Both the position numbers and the translations under genes were made by a program. A stretch of DNA of 62,757 bases, filler included, from Eubacteriales bacterium (GTDB taxonomy: Bacteria > Bacillota > Clostridia > Oscillospirales > CAG-382): the NCBI GenBank assembly GCA_045636665.1. It is 7 parts of 7 records of this genome, joined end to end, with 100 filler letters (N's around TTAATTAATTAA, not from the genome) between each part and the next. Parts side by side here need not be neighbours in the genome. Positions count along the whole stretch, not along the records: positions 18,891 to 36,288 come from JAZTXY010000035.1; positions 36,389 to 46,715 come from JAZTXY010000037.1; 5 more parts are not named here. One strand, 5' to 3'. This document shows, piece after piece, positions 28,164 to 39,112 of this stretch. Every line of letters starts with the position of its first letter. Position 1 is the stretch's first letter. The notes beneath the pieces were generated by a model. The model did not search any database. It worked only from the letters and a program-made list of their open reading frames with translations, and was not told where the DNA came from.

Positions 28164-31100
28164 TTATTCAACCGTGATTTGAACGGTGCAAAGCTCGGAT
28201 TCGCCCAAAAATTCGTTGTAGGTATAGGTGAACGAATCGGTGCCGGTATAACCCTTATCGGGGTAATAACGGAACGAGCCGTCGGAATCAAAGGCGATAT
28301 AGCCGTGCTTGGGCGCGGACACAAGCGTGAAGAGCTGTAATTCGTCCGCTTCGTTAAGGTCGTAATCGATTGCGGTATCCTTCTTTGCGGTGAGCTTAAC
28401 GTCGTCGCGCTTGTCGGGTGTTATATCAAGCTTTTCCTTGATGAAATCATAGGTCGCATCATACTGCATACGGCAAAGTGCATCGTTGCTTACAGCCATT
28501 TTCGAGAAGTTATCGACGTCGTCATAGTAAATATGTATCGCGTCCATATATCCCGTCGTTACGCCGTAAAGGAGGTACAGCATATAGGTTCTGGCAAACG
28601 CAGGGTCGGAGAATGCCTGATAGCTGTGCTCGATTTCGACGCACATCTTACGCGCCTTTGTCATTGCGGCGGTGGAATCGAATCTCCAAAGCGGAGCATC
28701 GGTTGTGAACACTACGTTGGGCTGCATACAAACGATATCAAAGCCGAGCTCGTAGCCGGTATAGAAGCGGTTTGCTTTATAGTAAGGAATCCAGAGGAAG
28801 TTATGTCCCTTTGCGTGGGTAGCATCGGCAACCTCGGTTATGATTTGAGAGTCGTCCTTTTCCCAAACAACAGATTCGTTTACCCAATAGAAGCCGTCAA
28901 ATTCAAGGTTCTTATAGCCCTTTTCCTCGAAACGGCGCATGGTTTCATCGATAAACCAATCGATTATCTTCTTGCGGTCTTCGGGATTTGCAGTGTTTTC
29001 CGAGATGCCGTCGCCGTCAACGTCGCCGAATTCGGCATTGCCGTCACGGAGGGTGAGATAGGTAACGTAGACCTTAACCTTGTAATCGGGGATGTTGAGA
29101 GCGTCCTTTACCTGCTGTACGGTTTCTTCAAGCTTGTCAAAGCCTGCCTGACCGCCAAAGGTTTGGTTAAGCACGTATTCCCAGTCCTGCTTGTAGTTGA
29201 TAAGATGAGGCAGCGAGCCCGAGGGAAGATTGTGGTGCGAGCAATAGATAAAGCCGTCCATTAAGGTGTCCTTAATATTGCCCTCCTCATCGAGATAAGC
29301 AACCAAGGGAAGAAGGTTTTCCGCCTTGCTTCTGTCGCCGTAAACAAGCGCGATATCCTTTGCCTTGATGGGGGTATTTTCGGGTGTGGCGAATGCTTCG
29401 CTTTCGGGGTTGGTGTAATAGGGTACTGCGTTAAGTCCGCTGTCGGCGAGGCGCACGGCATTCGATTTAATCTGCTTTGTACCGAATGCTTCAAGCTCAT
29501 CGATGAAGATAAAGCCGTTTTCGATACGGAAATAAACAAATCTTGCCGCATACGCTTTATCGAATTCAAAGCTTTGCTCCATACGGGTGGCAGCCTGATT
29601 ATAGGTGTTGAGCTTGTCGTCGCCGCGAGTCCAATCTGCCACCTCATACCAGTTTTCGCCGTCATCGGAAAGAAATACCGATAAGAACTTGGGACGTCTT
29701 ATTCCCCATTCGTCCTGCTCGAGGAAGGATATGTTTACGCTTTCGATGGTGGAAAGCTTGCCGAGGTCATAGAATATTTCGATACCGTCGCCCCCGCGTG
29801 AGAAGAACCAAGAATCGCTATAGCAATACATTTCGGCGTTGGTAGACGCCTTTTTGCCGTCGGTAAGGCAGGGATTATCGGCACGCGATTCATCACCGTG
29901 GGTGTCCGCATCGGCATAAAAGAGTGCTTGAACCTGTTGGGGCAAGCCGAGAAGGAGGTTTTGATTCTTTTTATAATCGGGCTCGGACGCATCCCAGAAG
30001 ATATCCTCTTCTACCTTGGGGAAATTAAGCGGCTCGAAGATAAGATCTTGCTGTTTATCGTTATAGCCTGCGATTACCTGAATTTCTTCGATCCAGAAAT
30101 GCTTATCGGATTTCGGAAATTCAAATCTTACGTTTTTGGCATTTATATATTCGGGAAGAATGAGCGAATAGGTGAAATTGTGCTTTTCCTTGCCGGTGTT
30201 GTACATTCTGCCGACAAAGGTGTAATCGTTAGCGGTAGATGCGAATACGTCGATATATGCGGGAAGCTCGACGTCCACACCGACACCGAGCGCATACACG
30301 TTGAACATATATACGTTGTTATGCGCCTTGTCAAGGTTTACGGTAAGGGCGGCGTTTTTATCGCCATTCGCCTTAAAGCCAACCCAAACAGGGTCGCCGA
30401 AATATTGGTTTGTACGGTTATTGTCGGTTAACAGCTTATCGTTCTTGGGCGCGCGTTCATCAAACTCAACGTTTTCAAAAGCGTATTTGCTACCTACGGT
30501 AAGGGTTTTGCCGTCAACGGGTATTGCAGGAACGGTGGTTGAAAGCTTTTTCCAAGCGTTGCGTTCGATAGATTCGGATGCATAGGCGATTGCCGACTTA
30601 TCTTCGGTTTCCTTTTCGTCAACGTCGGCATAAACCTCGATTTCATCGGTGAAGAAGAAGGCGCCGTTGCCCTTGTTAATTTGAACACGGATAAAGCGGT
30701 AATCGGCAATTTCGCGGGGCTCAATACGTGCTTCACTTACGGTAAGGTCGCCCGTTTTTGCAAAAATGCGGCTGCCGAGCGATTTGAACTTTTTGCCGTC
30801 ATTTGAGCCGGAAACGCGCGCAGATGCCGCAAGAGCAACACCGTCGCCCGAATAATCAAGCGCGCGTGCAACGATAGCGGAGATACGCTTGCCGTCGTCG
30901 CCGAGGTCGATTATAAAGGTGCTGTGCTCGGTAAAGCCGACCATACGCGAATCGACGTAATGTGCGCCGAGGTTGCCCACCTTGTGTCCGTCGGTAAGCT
31001 GTTGGTCGTATTTATCGGAATAATCCTTTGGAGGTGTTGCGGATTTCGTGTAGGGCTTGCCAACGCTGACAAGAGTATATCGGCGTTCGCCCTCTTCTTT

Positions 31101-31217
31101 TGAGGTTTCCTCCGAAGCTTCATCGCTCGTTACGTCGCTCACAACCTCGGAAACGGTTTCTCCGCAGGCGGTGAGAAGAAATAAAAAAGAGAGAAAGCAA
31201 ATAAAATATTTTTTCAT
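28164..31217 (-). CDS. Lipoprotein: three discoidin-like modules + DUF4855 + C-terminal Ig-like (Big_9/cadherin-like) domain
   Basis: Lipobox LLTAC; LMDGF, GFYWVNE, WIPYY, GFDIVCMQPN, VEIE; P.HG....DGSFRYYP..GYTGTDSFTY. Confidence 0.85.
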   Translation of the reverse strand: MKKYFICFLSFLFLLTACGETVSEVVSDVTSDEASEETSKEEGERRYTLVSVGKPYTKSATPPKDYSDKYDQQLTDGHKVGNLGAHYVDSRMVGFTEHSTFIIDLGDDGKRISAIVARALDYSGDGVALAASARVSGSNDGKKFKSLGSRIFAKTGDLTVSEARIEPREIADYRFIRVQINKGNGAFFFTDEIEVYADVDEKETEDKSAIAYASESIERNAWKKLSTTVPAIPVDGKTLTVGSKYAFENVEFDERAPKNDKLLTDNNRTNQYFGDPVWVGFKANGDKNAALTVNLDKAHNNVYMFNVYALGVGVDVELPAYIDVFASTANDYTFVGRMYNTGKEKHNFTYSLILPEYINAKNVRFEFPKSDKHFWIEEIQVIAGYNDKQQDLIFEPLNFPKVEEDIFWDASEPDYKKNQNLLLGLPQQVQALFYADADTHGDESRADNPCLTDGKKASTNAEMYCYSDSWFFSRGGDGIEIFYDLGKLSTIESVNISFLEQDEWGIRRPKFLSVFLSDDGENWYEVADWTRGDDKLNTYNQAATRMEQSFEFDKAYAARFVYFRIENGFIFIDELEAFGTKQIKSNAVRLADSGLNAVPYYTNPESEAFATPENTPIKAKDIALVYGDRSKAENLLPLVAYLDEEGNIKDTLMDGFIYCSHHNLPSGSLPHLINYKQDWEYVLNQTFGGQAGFDKLEETVQQVKDALNIPDYKVKVYVTYLTLRDGNAEFGDVDGDGISENTANPEDRKKIIDWFIDETMRRFEEKGYKNLEFDGFYWVNESVVWEKDDSQIITEVADATHAKGHNFLWIPYYKANRFYTGYELGFDIVCMQPNVVFTTDAPLWRFDSTAAMTKARKMCVEIEHSYQAFSDPAFARTYMLYLLYGVTTGYMDAIHIYYDDVDNFSKMAVSNDALCRMQYDATYDFIKEKLDITPDKRDDVKLTAKKDTAIDYDLNEADELQLFTLVSAPKHGYIAFDSDGSFRYYPDKGYTGTDSFTYTYNEFLGESELCTVQITVE

Positions 31218-31445
31218 TAGTTATTCCTTCCTTTGAGTGTTTTTTACAGTTATTTAATTATACACATAATTAATCACAATTTCAATATATTTTATTTATT
31301 TCGCCATACCATTTGTCGAAATAAAATGTTGCAATACCGCGCCAACCGTGTTATAATAGGAAAGCAATACGATGATATATTTATCGATATACCGTTTGGC
31401 AATTTTTTGATATTCTTCATATCATACTTATTAGGAGATTTAACG

Positions 31446-32009
31446 ATGAAAAAGACCTTGATTTTTAACGGTTCGCCCAGACTTCGCGGCGATACAATGA
31501 CACTTATCAACGCGCTCGTTCCCAAAATAGAGGGTGAATGCCGTATTGTTAACGCCTGCAACCGCAAAATCGCGCCCTGTATCGACTGCAGATATTGCTG
31601 GGAGCATCCGGGTTGCGCCTTCGTTGATGATATGCAGAATATTTATAAATATATCGAAGAATGCGATAACATTATTATCGCTTCGCCCATTTATTTCGGA
31701 GAGCTTACAGGTCAGCTTCTTTCGGTCGGCAGCAGATTGCAAACCTATTTCTGCGCAAGATATTTCAGAAACGAAGTTCCGATTGAAAAGCCCAAAAAGG
31801 GCGGCGTAATTCTTGTTGCCGGCGGCGATGCAAACGATAACGACAAGCCCTACAGCACTGCTTGCAGTCTTTTGACCGCAATGAACTGCAACGACGTTTT
31901 CCCTCTTATCGAGTTCCACAACACGAACACCATCCGCGCAACCGAGCGTGATTTCGCAGATGCACGTCTTAACGAGCTTGCGGCTTATCTTAACGCCGAT
32001 TGGGACTGA
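31446..32009 (+). CDS. Flavodoxin-family / iron-sulfur flavoprotein
   Basis: NGSPR..G.T, PCIDCRYCW...GC...DDM, IASPIYFG; AGGAG RBS before MKKT. Confidence 0.9.
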   Translation: MKKTLIFNGSPRLRGDTMTLINALVPKIEGECRIVNACNRKIAPCIDCRYCWEHPGCAFVDDMQNIYKYIEECDNIIIASPIYFGELTGQLLSVGSRLQTYFCARYFRNEVPIEKPKKGGVILVAGGDANDNDKPYSTACSLLTAMNCNDVFPLIEFHNTNTIRATERDFADARLNELAAYLNADWD

Positions 32010-32047
32010 TTTGACCACAAAAAGACGATATATTAAGTGATTTTATT

Positions 32048-32104
32048 GCGAGAGAAAAACTTTTAAAAAAGTCTTTCTCTCGCGCTCTTTTTTCAAAAGC
32101 TTTT
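32048..32104. repeat. A/T-stem REP-like repeat
   Basis: Near-identical to 15161-15213. Confidence 0.8.
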
Positions 32105-32257
32105 AATTTATTATTATAATTTCACCAAAATTATGCTTAACGCGAAAACTACGGACGAACGAGAAAGTGAATCGCCCCTACGGTAAAAAAATCAAAAGGA
32201 CAGCCGAGGATGTCCTTTTTTAATTTAAATTCAGGTCTAATTGAACCTTTTCTGCGT

Positions 32258-32347
32258 AGCAGAGCGGATGCAGATTGCGAAAATAAAATGCGAAGCTGTA
32301 GAAACCTACTGCGAGCATTGAATTTTTGCGATATGCGCCGTTATGCT
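32258..32347 (+). repeat. Long structured hairpin repeat, copy 2
   Basis: Same conserved blocks as 7444-7572; abuts the pepF stop codon. Confidence 0.8.
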
Positions 32348-34143
32348 TAGCACAACTCTTCCATTTCGGTGATGAGATCGCCAAACAACTTCAACGCCGC
32401 GTTTACGGGCTCGGGAGAGGACATACCAACACCTGCAATTTTAAGATGCGAGATGGGTTCGGTGCTCGAGCCGCCGGAAAGGAACTTTTTGTAATCGTCA
32501 ACGGCGGGCTTACCTTCTTCAAGGATACGCGAAGCGATTGCAACTGCGGCGGAGAAGCCGGTTGCATATTGGAACACGTAGTAGTTATAGAAGAAGTGAG
32601 GGATACGCGCCCATTCGAGTGCGATGCCGTCGTCGGAGATCATATCGGGGCCGAAATAGAGCTTGTTGAGCTCGTGATACTTTTCGTTAAGCGCATCTGC
32701 GGTAAGGGTTTGACCGCCTTCGCTCATCTGACCCATCAAAAGCTCGAATTCGGCAAACATGGTCTGACGGTAAACGGTGCCCTTGAACTGATCGAGGAAG
32801 TGATTGATAAGGTATGCTCGTTCCTTTTTATCGGTGGTCTTTGCGAGGAGGTGGCGCATAAGGAGGATTTCGTTACAGGTCGATGCAACCTCGGCAACGA
32901 AGATAACGTAATCGCTTGTGTTTATGGGTTGATATTTGGTGGAGTGATAGCTGTGGAGCGCGTGACCCATTTCGTGCGCGAGGGTGAACATACTGTCGAG
33001 GTTATCGTGGTGGTTAAGGAGCACGTAGGGGTGAGGACGGCTGTTGCCCGAGGAATATGCGCCGCCGCGCTTGCCTTCGTTTTCATAAACGTCGATCCAG
33101 CGGTTGTTAAAGCCCTCTTTAAGAAGCTCGATATAATCTTCACCGAGCACTGCGAGTGCTTCAAGAATGGTTTCCTTTGCTTCGGAATAGGAAATTTCGG
33201 AAGCGGCATCGGCAACGATGGGGGTATAAACGTCGTACATATGAAGCTCGTCAACGCCCAAAAGCTTTTTGCGGAGCGCAACGTAGCGGTACATTTTGTC
33301 CATATTGTTATGAACCGCTTCGATAAGGTTGTGATAAACCTCAACGGGAACCTCGGTACGGTCGAGCGATGCTTCGATGGTGGAGCTGTATTTACGGGCA
33401 GTCGCAAAGAAGCGGAGCTGCTTGAATTGCGCGTCGAGAGTTGAAGCGATGGTGTTTTTGAACTCGCCGAGGCGGTTATAAAATGCTTCAAAGGTGTTCT
33501 TGCGGAGTACGCGGTCGGAGCTTTCGAGAAGGGGTACGAGAGTGCCGCCGGTGAGCTGATGCTCATTTCCCTCTCCGTCGGTTACCGACGGGAAACGCAT
33601 ATCGGCATTACGCAATATCGAGCCGATATTATCGGGAGCGTCGGCAATTTCGCCTGCGTTCGCAAGAAGCATTTCGCATTCGGGCGAAAGAACGTGTTCT
33701 GCTCTGCGTCGGATCTGATAAAGCGAGCGGCGATAGGTTTCAAGCTCGGGCTCGGTTTTATAAAATTCTTCAAGAGCTTCTTCGGGGATCGCCATAATTT
33801 CGGGGGTTGCAAAGGAAGCCGCGCCCGAAATTGCAACGTAGGTGCTCATTGCCTTACCGCGGAGGTCCTGATAGAAGCCGTTTGCGGTATCCTCGTCACC
33901 CTTACAGCTTGCATAGCCGTAGAGAGGAGTAAGACGAAGCTCGATTTCATCCTCTAATTTAAGGAAAGCAAGGAGATTTTGAGCGCTTTCGCCCAATTTG
34001 CCTTGATATTCAACGATTTTTGCGGGGAGTGCCTTGAGCGCTTCATACTCGGCAAGCCAAGCATCGTCGCTTTCAAACATATCGGCAAGGTTCCAAGTGT
34101 TTTCAACCGGAACTTCGCTTCTTTTTAAAATCTTTTTCGACAT
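32347..34143 (-). CDS. pepF: Oligoendopeptidase F
   Basis: RWIDVYEN.GKR.GAYS, TLAHEMGHALHS, FVAEVAST.NE, WARIPHF. Confidence 0.96.
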   Translation of the reverse strand: MSKKILKRSEVPVENTWNLADMFESDDAWLAEYEALKALPAKIVEYQGKLGESAQNLLAFLKLEDEIELRLTPLYGYASCKGDEDTANGFYQDLRGKAMSTYVAISGAASFATPEIMAIPEEALEEFYKTEPELETYRRSLYQIRRRAEHVLSPECEMLLANAGEIADAPDNIGSILRNADMRFPSVTDGEGNEHQLTGGTLVPLLESSDRVLRKNTFEAFYNRLGEFKNTIASTLDAQFKQLRFFATARKYSSTIEASLDRTEVPVEVYHNLIEAVHNNMDKMYRYVALRKKLLGVDELHMYDVYTPIVADAASEISYSEAKETILEALAVLGEDYIELLKEGFNNRWIDVYENEGKRGGAYSSGNSRPHPYVLLNHHDNLDSMFTLAHEMGHALHSYHSTKYQPINTSDYVIFVAEVASTCNEILLMRHLLAKTTDKKERAYLINHFLDQFKGTVYRQTMFAEFELLMGQMSEGGQTLTADALNEKYHELNKLYFGPDMISDDGIALEWARIPHFFYNYYVFQYATGFSAAVAIASRILEEGKPAVDDYKKFLSGGSSTEPISHLKIAGVGMSSPEPVNAALKLFGDLITEMEELC

Positions 34144-34208
34144 TTTTTATTCTCCGTTTATTTGTTTTTTATTATTATAGCACGGTTGGTAAATTTTGTA
34201 AAGTGGGT

Positions 34209-35390
34209 TTAATCCCCTCTTAATTTTTTAGCCGCTTCCTCGCGTTGCTTGCTTATTTGCGTCCACGAGGGTAATTTGTTCGAGATGACGACCAAATCGG
34301 CAAGGTGGGTGGGAATATCTATGCCTTGCGGACAGATGTTGACACAGCTTTGGCAGTTAATGCAGGATTTGGGTTGAGCCGATTCGGGATATGCATCGAT
34401 GCGCATCGTGATATTCGTTGTGGGGGCGATACGCATTTCGTTGTAAAATTCAAGCATTTTGGGGATATCGATGCCTTGCGGACAGCCGTCGACACAATAA
34501 CGGCAGGCAGTACAGGGCACCGAATTTTTAAGTCCTTCGGCAATTTCCAGAATAAGCGCCTTTTCGTCGGCGTTAAGCGGTTTCGATTCATTAAAGGTTT
34601 TGATATTGTCGGTCAACTGAGCCATATTCGACATACCGCTTAATATCATCGTTACGCCTTTAATATCTTGCAAGAAGCGGAATGCCCAAGCGGCGACCGA
34701 TTCATCGGGACGTTTTTCCTTTAAAAGCGCGGTTGACTGCTCGTTAAGGTTTGCAAGCTTACCGCCGCGGACAGGCTCCATTACCCAAACGGGAACGTTG
34801 TAGGATGCCAAAAGCTCGCACTTTTCCTTTGCGTTTTGGAGAGTCCAATCGAGGTAATTGAGCTGTATTTGGCAAAATTCCATCACGTCCGAATATTCAT
34901 CGAGAAATTGCTTCATAATTTCGATACTGCCGTGAGTGGAAAAGCCCAAATGCTTTATTCTTCCCTGCTTTTTTTGCTCGACAAAGTAATCGATTATGCC
35001 CCATTTTTCGTCCTTGTATACGGGGAGCGAATTTTCATAGACGTTGTGAAGCAGATAAAAATCAAAATAATCGACCTTGCACTTTTTCAATTGGTCCTCG
35101 AAGACTATTTTGGGGTCATAGCTTGACGATATTTGGTGTCCGGGGAATTTATCGGCAAGATAAAAGCTGTCACGCGGATAAGAAGACAGTATTTCTCCTA
35201 TCACGAGCTCACTTTCGCCGTTGTGGTAGGGATAAGCCGTATCGAAATAATTAACGCCGTTTTTGATTGCAAAATCGACCATTTCACGCGTTAGCTCTTT
35301 ATCTATTTCGCCCCCTTCAAGCGTCGGGAAACGCATACAGCCCATTCCCAAAAGCGAAAGCGATTTATTTTGAAATTCGGTATATATCAT
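34209..35390 (-). CDS. Aldo/keto reductase with C-terminal 4Fe-4S dicluster
   Basis: LGMGCMRFP, YFDTAYPYH, DFYLLH, VMEP.RGG.L, CTACRYC...CP, CINCQSC...CPQ. Confidence 0.93.
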   Translation of the reverse strand: MIYTEFQNKSLSLLGMGCMRFPTLEGGEIDKELTREMVDFAIKNGVNYFDTAYPYHNGESELVIGEILSSYPRDSFYLADKFPGHQISSSYDPKIVFEDQLKKCKVDYFDFYLLHNVYENSLPVYKDEKWGIIDYFVEQKKQGRIKHLGFSTHGSIEIMKQFLDEYSDVMEFCQIQLNYLDWTLQNAKEKCELLASYNVPVWVMEPVRGGKLANLNEQSTALLKEKRPDESVAAWAFRFLQDIKGVTMILSGMSNMAQLTDNIKTFNESKPLNADEKALILEIAEGLKNSVPCTACRYCVDGCPQGIDIPKMLEFYNEMRIAPTTNITMRIDAYPESAQPKSCINCQSCVNICPQGIDIPTHLADLVVISNKLPSWTQISKQREEAAKKLRGD

Positions 35391-35400
35391 AAACTTCCTC

Positions 35401-35928
35401 CTACTTTTCGGAAACGAGTTCGTTAAGCTCCTTTCTCTTTTTGGGGCGGAGCTTATCGTTTTTATCGGCATAGCCGAGAGTTATTACAAGACGTACGGGA
35501 TGCTCGAGATTGCAAATCGAGCGTATTTTTTTATCATCAAGCCAACCGAGGATGCAGGTCGAAAGCCCGTTTGCGGTTGCTTCGGCAGTGATATAGGCGG
35601 TCACAATGCCGATATCGATCGAGCGGTAATCGTTTCCTTTAACCTTTGCGCCGAGCGCGGCAGTTTTGTTATAGGGCATTTCGGAAATTACCAAAAGGAT
35701 AGGGGCTTGGGAAGCGAATTTGTTCATCCCCATACCCATACAAGCTTTTGCAACCTCCTTTGCCGCTTCGTTTCGGCAAACGGTTATGTGATAGGGCTGA
35801 CCGTTGCAGGCAGAAGGCGCAAGTCGGGCAGATTCGAGTATTGCGTTAAGCTTTTCTTGCTCGACTTCCCTATTTTCATCATAGGCACGGCAGGATTGGC
35901 GGTTATTTGCTATTTCACTAAAATTCAT
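35401..35928 (-). CDS. Nitroreductase family protein
   Basis: RQSCRAY, ARLAPSACNGQP, GLSTCILG, ITLGY. Confidence 0.92.
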   Translation of the reverse strand: MNFSEIANNRQSCRAYDENREVEQEKLNAILESARLAPSACNGQPYHITVCRNEAAKEVAKACMGMGMNKFASQAPILLVISEMPYNKTAALGAKVKGNDYRSIDIGIVTAYITAEATANGLSTCILGWLDDKKIRSICNLEHPVRLVITLGYADKNDKLRPKKRKELNELVSEK

Positions 35929-36047
35929 ATAAAACAGCTCCCTATTGAATTATTACCCATTTATTATATCACAGCAAGTGCGTTTTGGCAATGATTTGAG
36001 TTTTAAAATTAATTATCAAAAAAGATTAATTTTTTTCAAAAAAGGTG

Positions 36048-36076
36048 TTGACAATCTCATTATACTGTGATATACT
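36048..36076 (+). promoter_or_regulatory. Sigma-A promoter of the tRNA operon
   Basis: TTGACA-17 bp-TATACT, extended TG, A/T tracts upstream. Confidence 0.85.
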
Positions 36077-36100
36077 ACACCTCGCTGGCGTGAGCGAGAT

Positions 36101-36175
36101 GCTGGTGTAGCTCAATGGCAGAGCAACTGATTTGTAATCAGTAGGTTGGGGGTTCGACTCCCTTCACCAGCTCCA
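36101..36175 (+). tRNA. tRNA-Thr(TGT)
   Basis: GCTGGTGTAGCTCAATGGCAGAGC...TTTGTAA loop...GGTTCGACTCC...CCA. Confidence 0.97.
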
Positions 36176-36206
36176 AAACACCTACTGTAAAACCAAATAA
36201 CAATAT

Positions 36207-36288
36207 GGGGGAATTCCCGAGCGGCCAAAGGGGGCAGACTGTAAATCTGTTGTCACTGACTTCGGTGGTTCGAATCCACCTTCCCCCA
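36207..36288 (+). tRNA. tRNA-Tyr(GTA), ends at the contig edge
   Basis: GGGGGAATTCCCGAGCGGCCAAAGGGGGCAGACTGTAAATCTG, long variable arm, GGTTCGAATCC, TTCCCCCA. Confidence 0.96.
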
Positions 36289-36388
36289 NNNNNNNNNNNN
36301 NNNNNNNNNNNNNNNNNNNNNNNNNNNNNNNNTTAATTAATTAANNNNNNNNNNNNNNNNNNNNNNNNNNNNNNNNNNNNNNNNNNNN
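36289..36388. other. Artificial contig linker
   Basis: N44-TTAATTAATTAA-N44. Confidence 0.99.
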
Positions 36389-38874
36389 TAAGGTGTTTCA
36401 CCACAACCTGCACAAGCACCGGAGAACTCAAGCAAGGGCTGTTTGAACTGAGAACCCTTAGGAGTTTCGGGCTTGAACTTAGCAAGTACTTCGGGATTAT
36501 CGCAGTACTTGTAGCTTGCGTTGAATGCGTTTTGATATTGAAGCTGTCCTTCAATAGGAGCCATATTAAGAGCCTTTTCGCCCTTCTTACCGGGACAGAT
36601 CTGTACACAGCTTTGGCAGCCGAGACAGTCAAGAGCAGAAACGGTCATACCGAACTTATAGCCGGGCATACCGGTCATAGGAACAAGTTTGAAATCAGGA
36701 TGTTCTGCAGCTTCAGCATCGGTAAGAGCTATAGGTCTGATTGCAGCGTGAGGACATACGTAAGAACAGAAGTTACATTGGATACAGTTGTCGGGATTCC
36801 AGTTGGGAACGTCAACCGCTACGCCGCGTTTTTCGTAAGCAGCAGTGCCCTGCGGGAAGGTACCGTCAGCATTCTTGTGGAATACGGAAACGGGAAGATC
36901 GTCACCCTTTTGAGCATTCGCAGGTTCGAGAATGGTCTTAACAAAATCAACAACCTCTTCTCTACCCTCAAGCTTAACGTCCTTAACGTCAGCATCAACA
37001 GCGTTTGCCCATTCAGCAGGAACTTCGATCTTGGTGTAAGCATTTGCACCTGCATCGATAGCCGCATAGTTCATGTTAACGATATCTTCGCCCTTCTTAG
37101 CAAAGCTCTTATATGCAGCCTTCTTCATATAATCAATAGCATCTGCAGAGGGGATGATGTTAGCGAGAGAGAAGAAAGCACTTTGAAGAACGGTGTTAGT
37201 TCTGTTACCGAGACCGATTTCACGAGCGATGGTGATAGCGTCGATGGTGTAGAAGTTAACGTTCTTCTTAGCGATATCTCTCTTAACCTTTGCAGGAAGC
37301 TTTTCGTTAAGCTCTTCTGCAGACCATTGGCAGTTAAGCAAGAATGTGCCGCCTTCTGCAATGTCTTCGGTGATATCGTACCTTTCGATGTAGGAAGGAT
37401 TATGACATGCTACAAAGTTTGCATGAGATACGTAATAAGTAGATCTGATGGGTGTATCGCCAAAGCGAAGGTGGCTTATGGTAATACCGCCGGACTTCTT
37501 ACTGTCATATGCAAAATATGCCTGAATATATTTATCGGTATGGTCACCAATAATCTTAATCGAGTTCTTGTTCGCACCAACGGTACCGTCAGAGCCAAGA
37601 CCCCAGAACTTACAGGAAACAATGCTTTCGCCTGCAGTGTTGGGAGCTGCTTCAAGAGGAAGCGAAAGGTTGGTAACGTCGTCGTTGATACCAACAGTGA
37701 AACCGTCGATGGGCTTTTCAGCATCGAGGTTGTTATAAACCGCAAATACGCATGCGGGAGTGGTATCCTTAGAACCGAGACCGTATCTACCGCCGATAAC
37801 GAGAGCAGATTCAAACTTGGTGCCACGAAGTGCATTAACAACGTCGAGGAACAAAGGTTCAGCGCCTGCACCGGGTTCCTTGGTTCTGTCCATAACGGCA
37901 ATCTTGGTAACGGTTTCGGGAATAGCTTCAAGAAGCTTTGCCTTTACAAAAGGACGGTAAAGTCTTACCTTAATAAGACCAACCTTGCCACCGTGAGCGT
38001 TGATATAGTCAACGGTTTCTTCGATAGTATCACATACAGAACCCATTGCAATGATAACCTTATCTGCATCGGGTGCGCCGTAGTAGTTGAACAACTTGTA
38101 ATCGGTACCAACTTTTTCGTTAACCTTATCAAGATATTTTTCTACGATTGCAGGAACAGCATCGTAATAGGTATTACATGCTTCTCTTGCCTGGAAGAAA
38201 ATATCGGGGTTTTGAGCAGTACCGCGAAGAACGGGATGTTCGGGATTGAGTGCTCTTTCTCTGAACGCCTTAACAGCATCCATATCGCACATTTCAGCAA
38301 GATCTTCGTAATCCCAAACTTCAACCTTTTGAATTTCGTGAGAAGTACGGAAACCGTCAAAGAAGTGAAGGAAAGGAACTCTGCTTTCAATAGCGGTAAG
38401 GTGAGCTACTGCGCCGAGGTCCATAACTTCCTGAACGTTACCTGCACAAAGCATTGCAAAACCGGTTTGACGGCATGCCATAACGTCGGAATGGTCACCG
38501 AAAATGTTGAGTGCGTGCGAAGCAACACAACGAGCAGATACGTGAATAACACCGGGAAGAAGTTCACCCGCGATCTTATACATATTGGGGATCATAAGAA
38601 GAAGACCCTGAGATGCGGTGTAGGTGGTGGTAAGAGCACCTGCAGCGAGAGAACCGTGAACGGTACCGGAAGCGCCGCCTTCAGATTGCATTTCTACAAC
38701 CTTAACAGTTTGGCCGAAAATATTCTTTCTGCCTTCAGCGGACCATTGATCGGTAACTTCCGCCATGGGAGAAGAGGGTGTGATGGGATAAATGCCGGCA
38801 ACTTCAGTAAACGCATACGAAACGTGAGCCGCAGCTGTATTGCCGTCCATTGACAACTTTTTTCTTGTTGACAT
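36389..38874 (-). CDS. nifJ: Pyruvate:ferredoxin (flavodoxin) oxidoreductase (3'-truncated)
   Basis: MDGNTAAAH, YPITPSS, GLGSDGTVGANK, YDSKKSGG, CIQCNFC...CPH, EFSGACAGCGETP. Confidence 0.97.
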
Positions 38875-39112
38875 AGTTATTTGCCTCCTGCTAATTTTTT
38901 TCATACGCAAACATTATAACATCTTTTTCGAAAAAGTAAATAGAAATCAATAAAATTTTCGTCGTATGTTTTTCCTTTTTATCCTAATATTAACAAATTA
39001 ATCGTTTTTTCTGTTTTTTAAAATTTATTTGAGTGAAAATTTAGTTCTTTTTATTGAAAAATACAATAATTTATGGTAGTATATAATGAATATAAGGAAA
39101 GGTGGGATGCAA

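Noticed and set aside
36532..38853. Very long antisense ORFs (773 aa here; also 7955-9304, 13076-14455, 57289-58860 and others)
   Set aside because: In-register shadows of real genes caused by rarity of TTA/CTA/TCA codons; translations have no recognisable motifs
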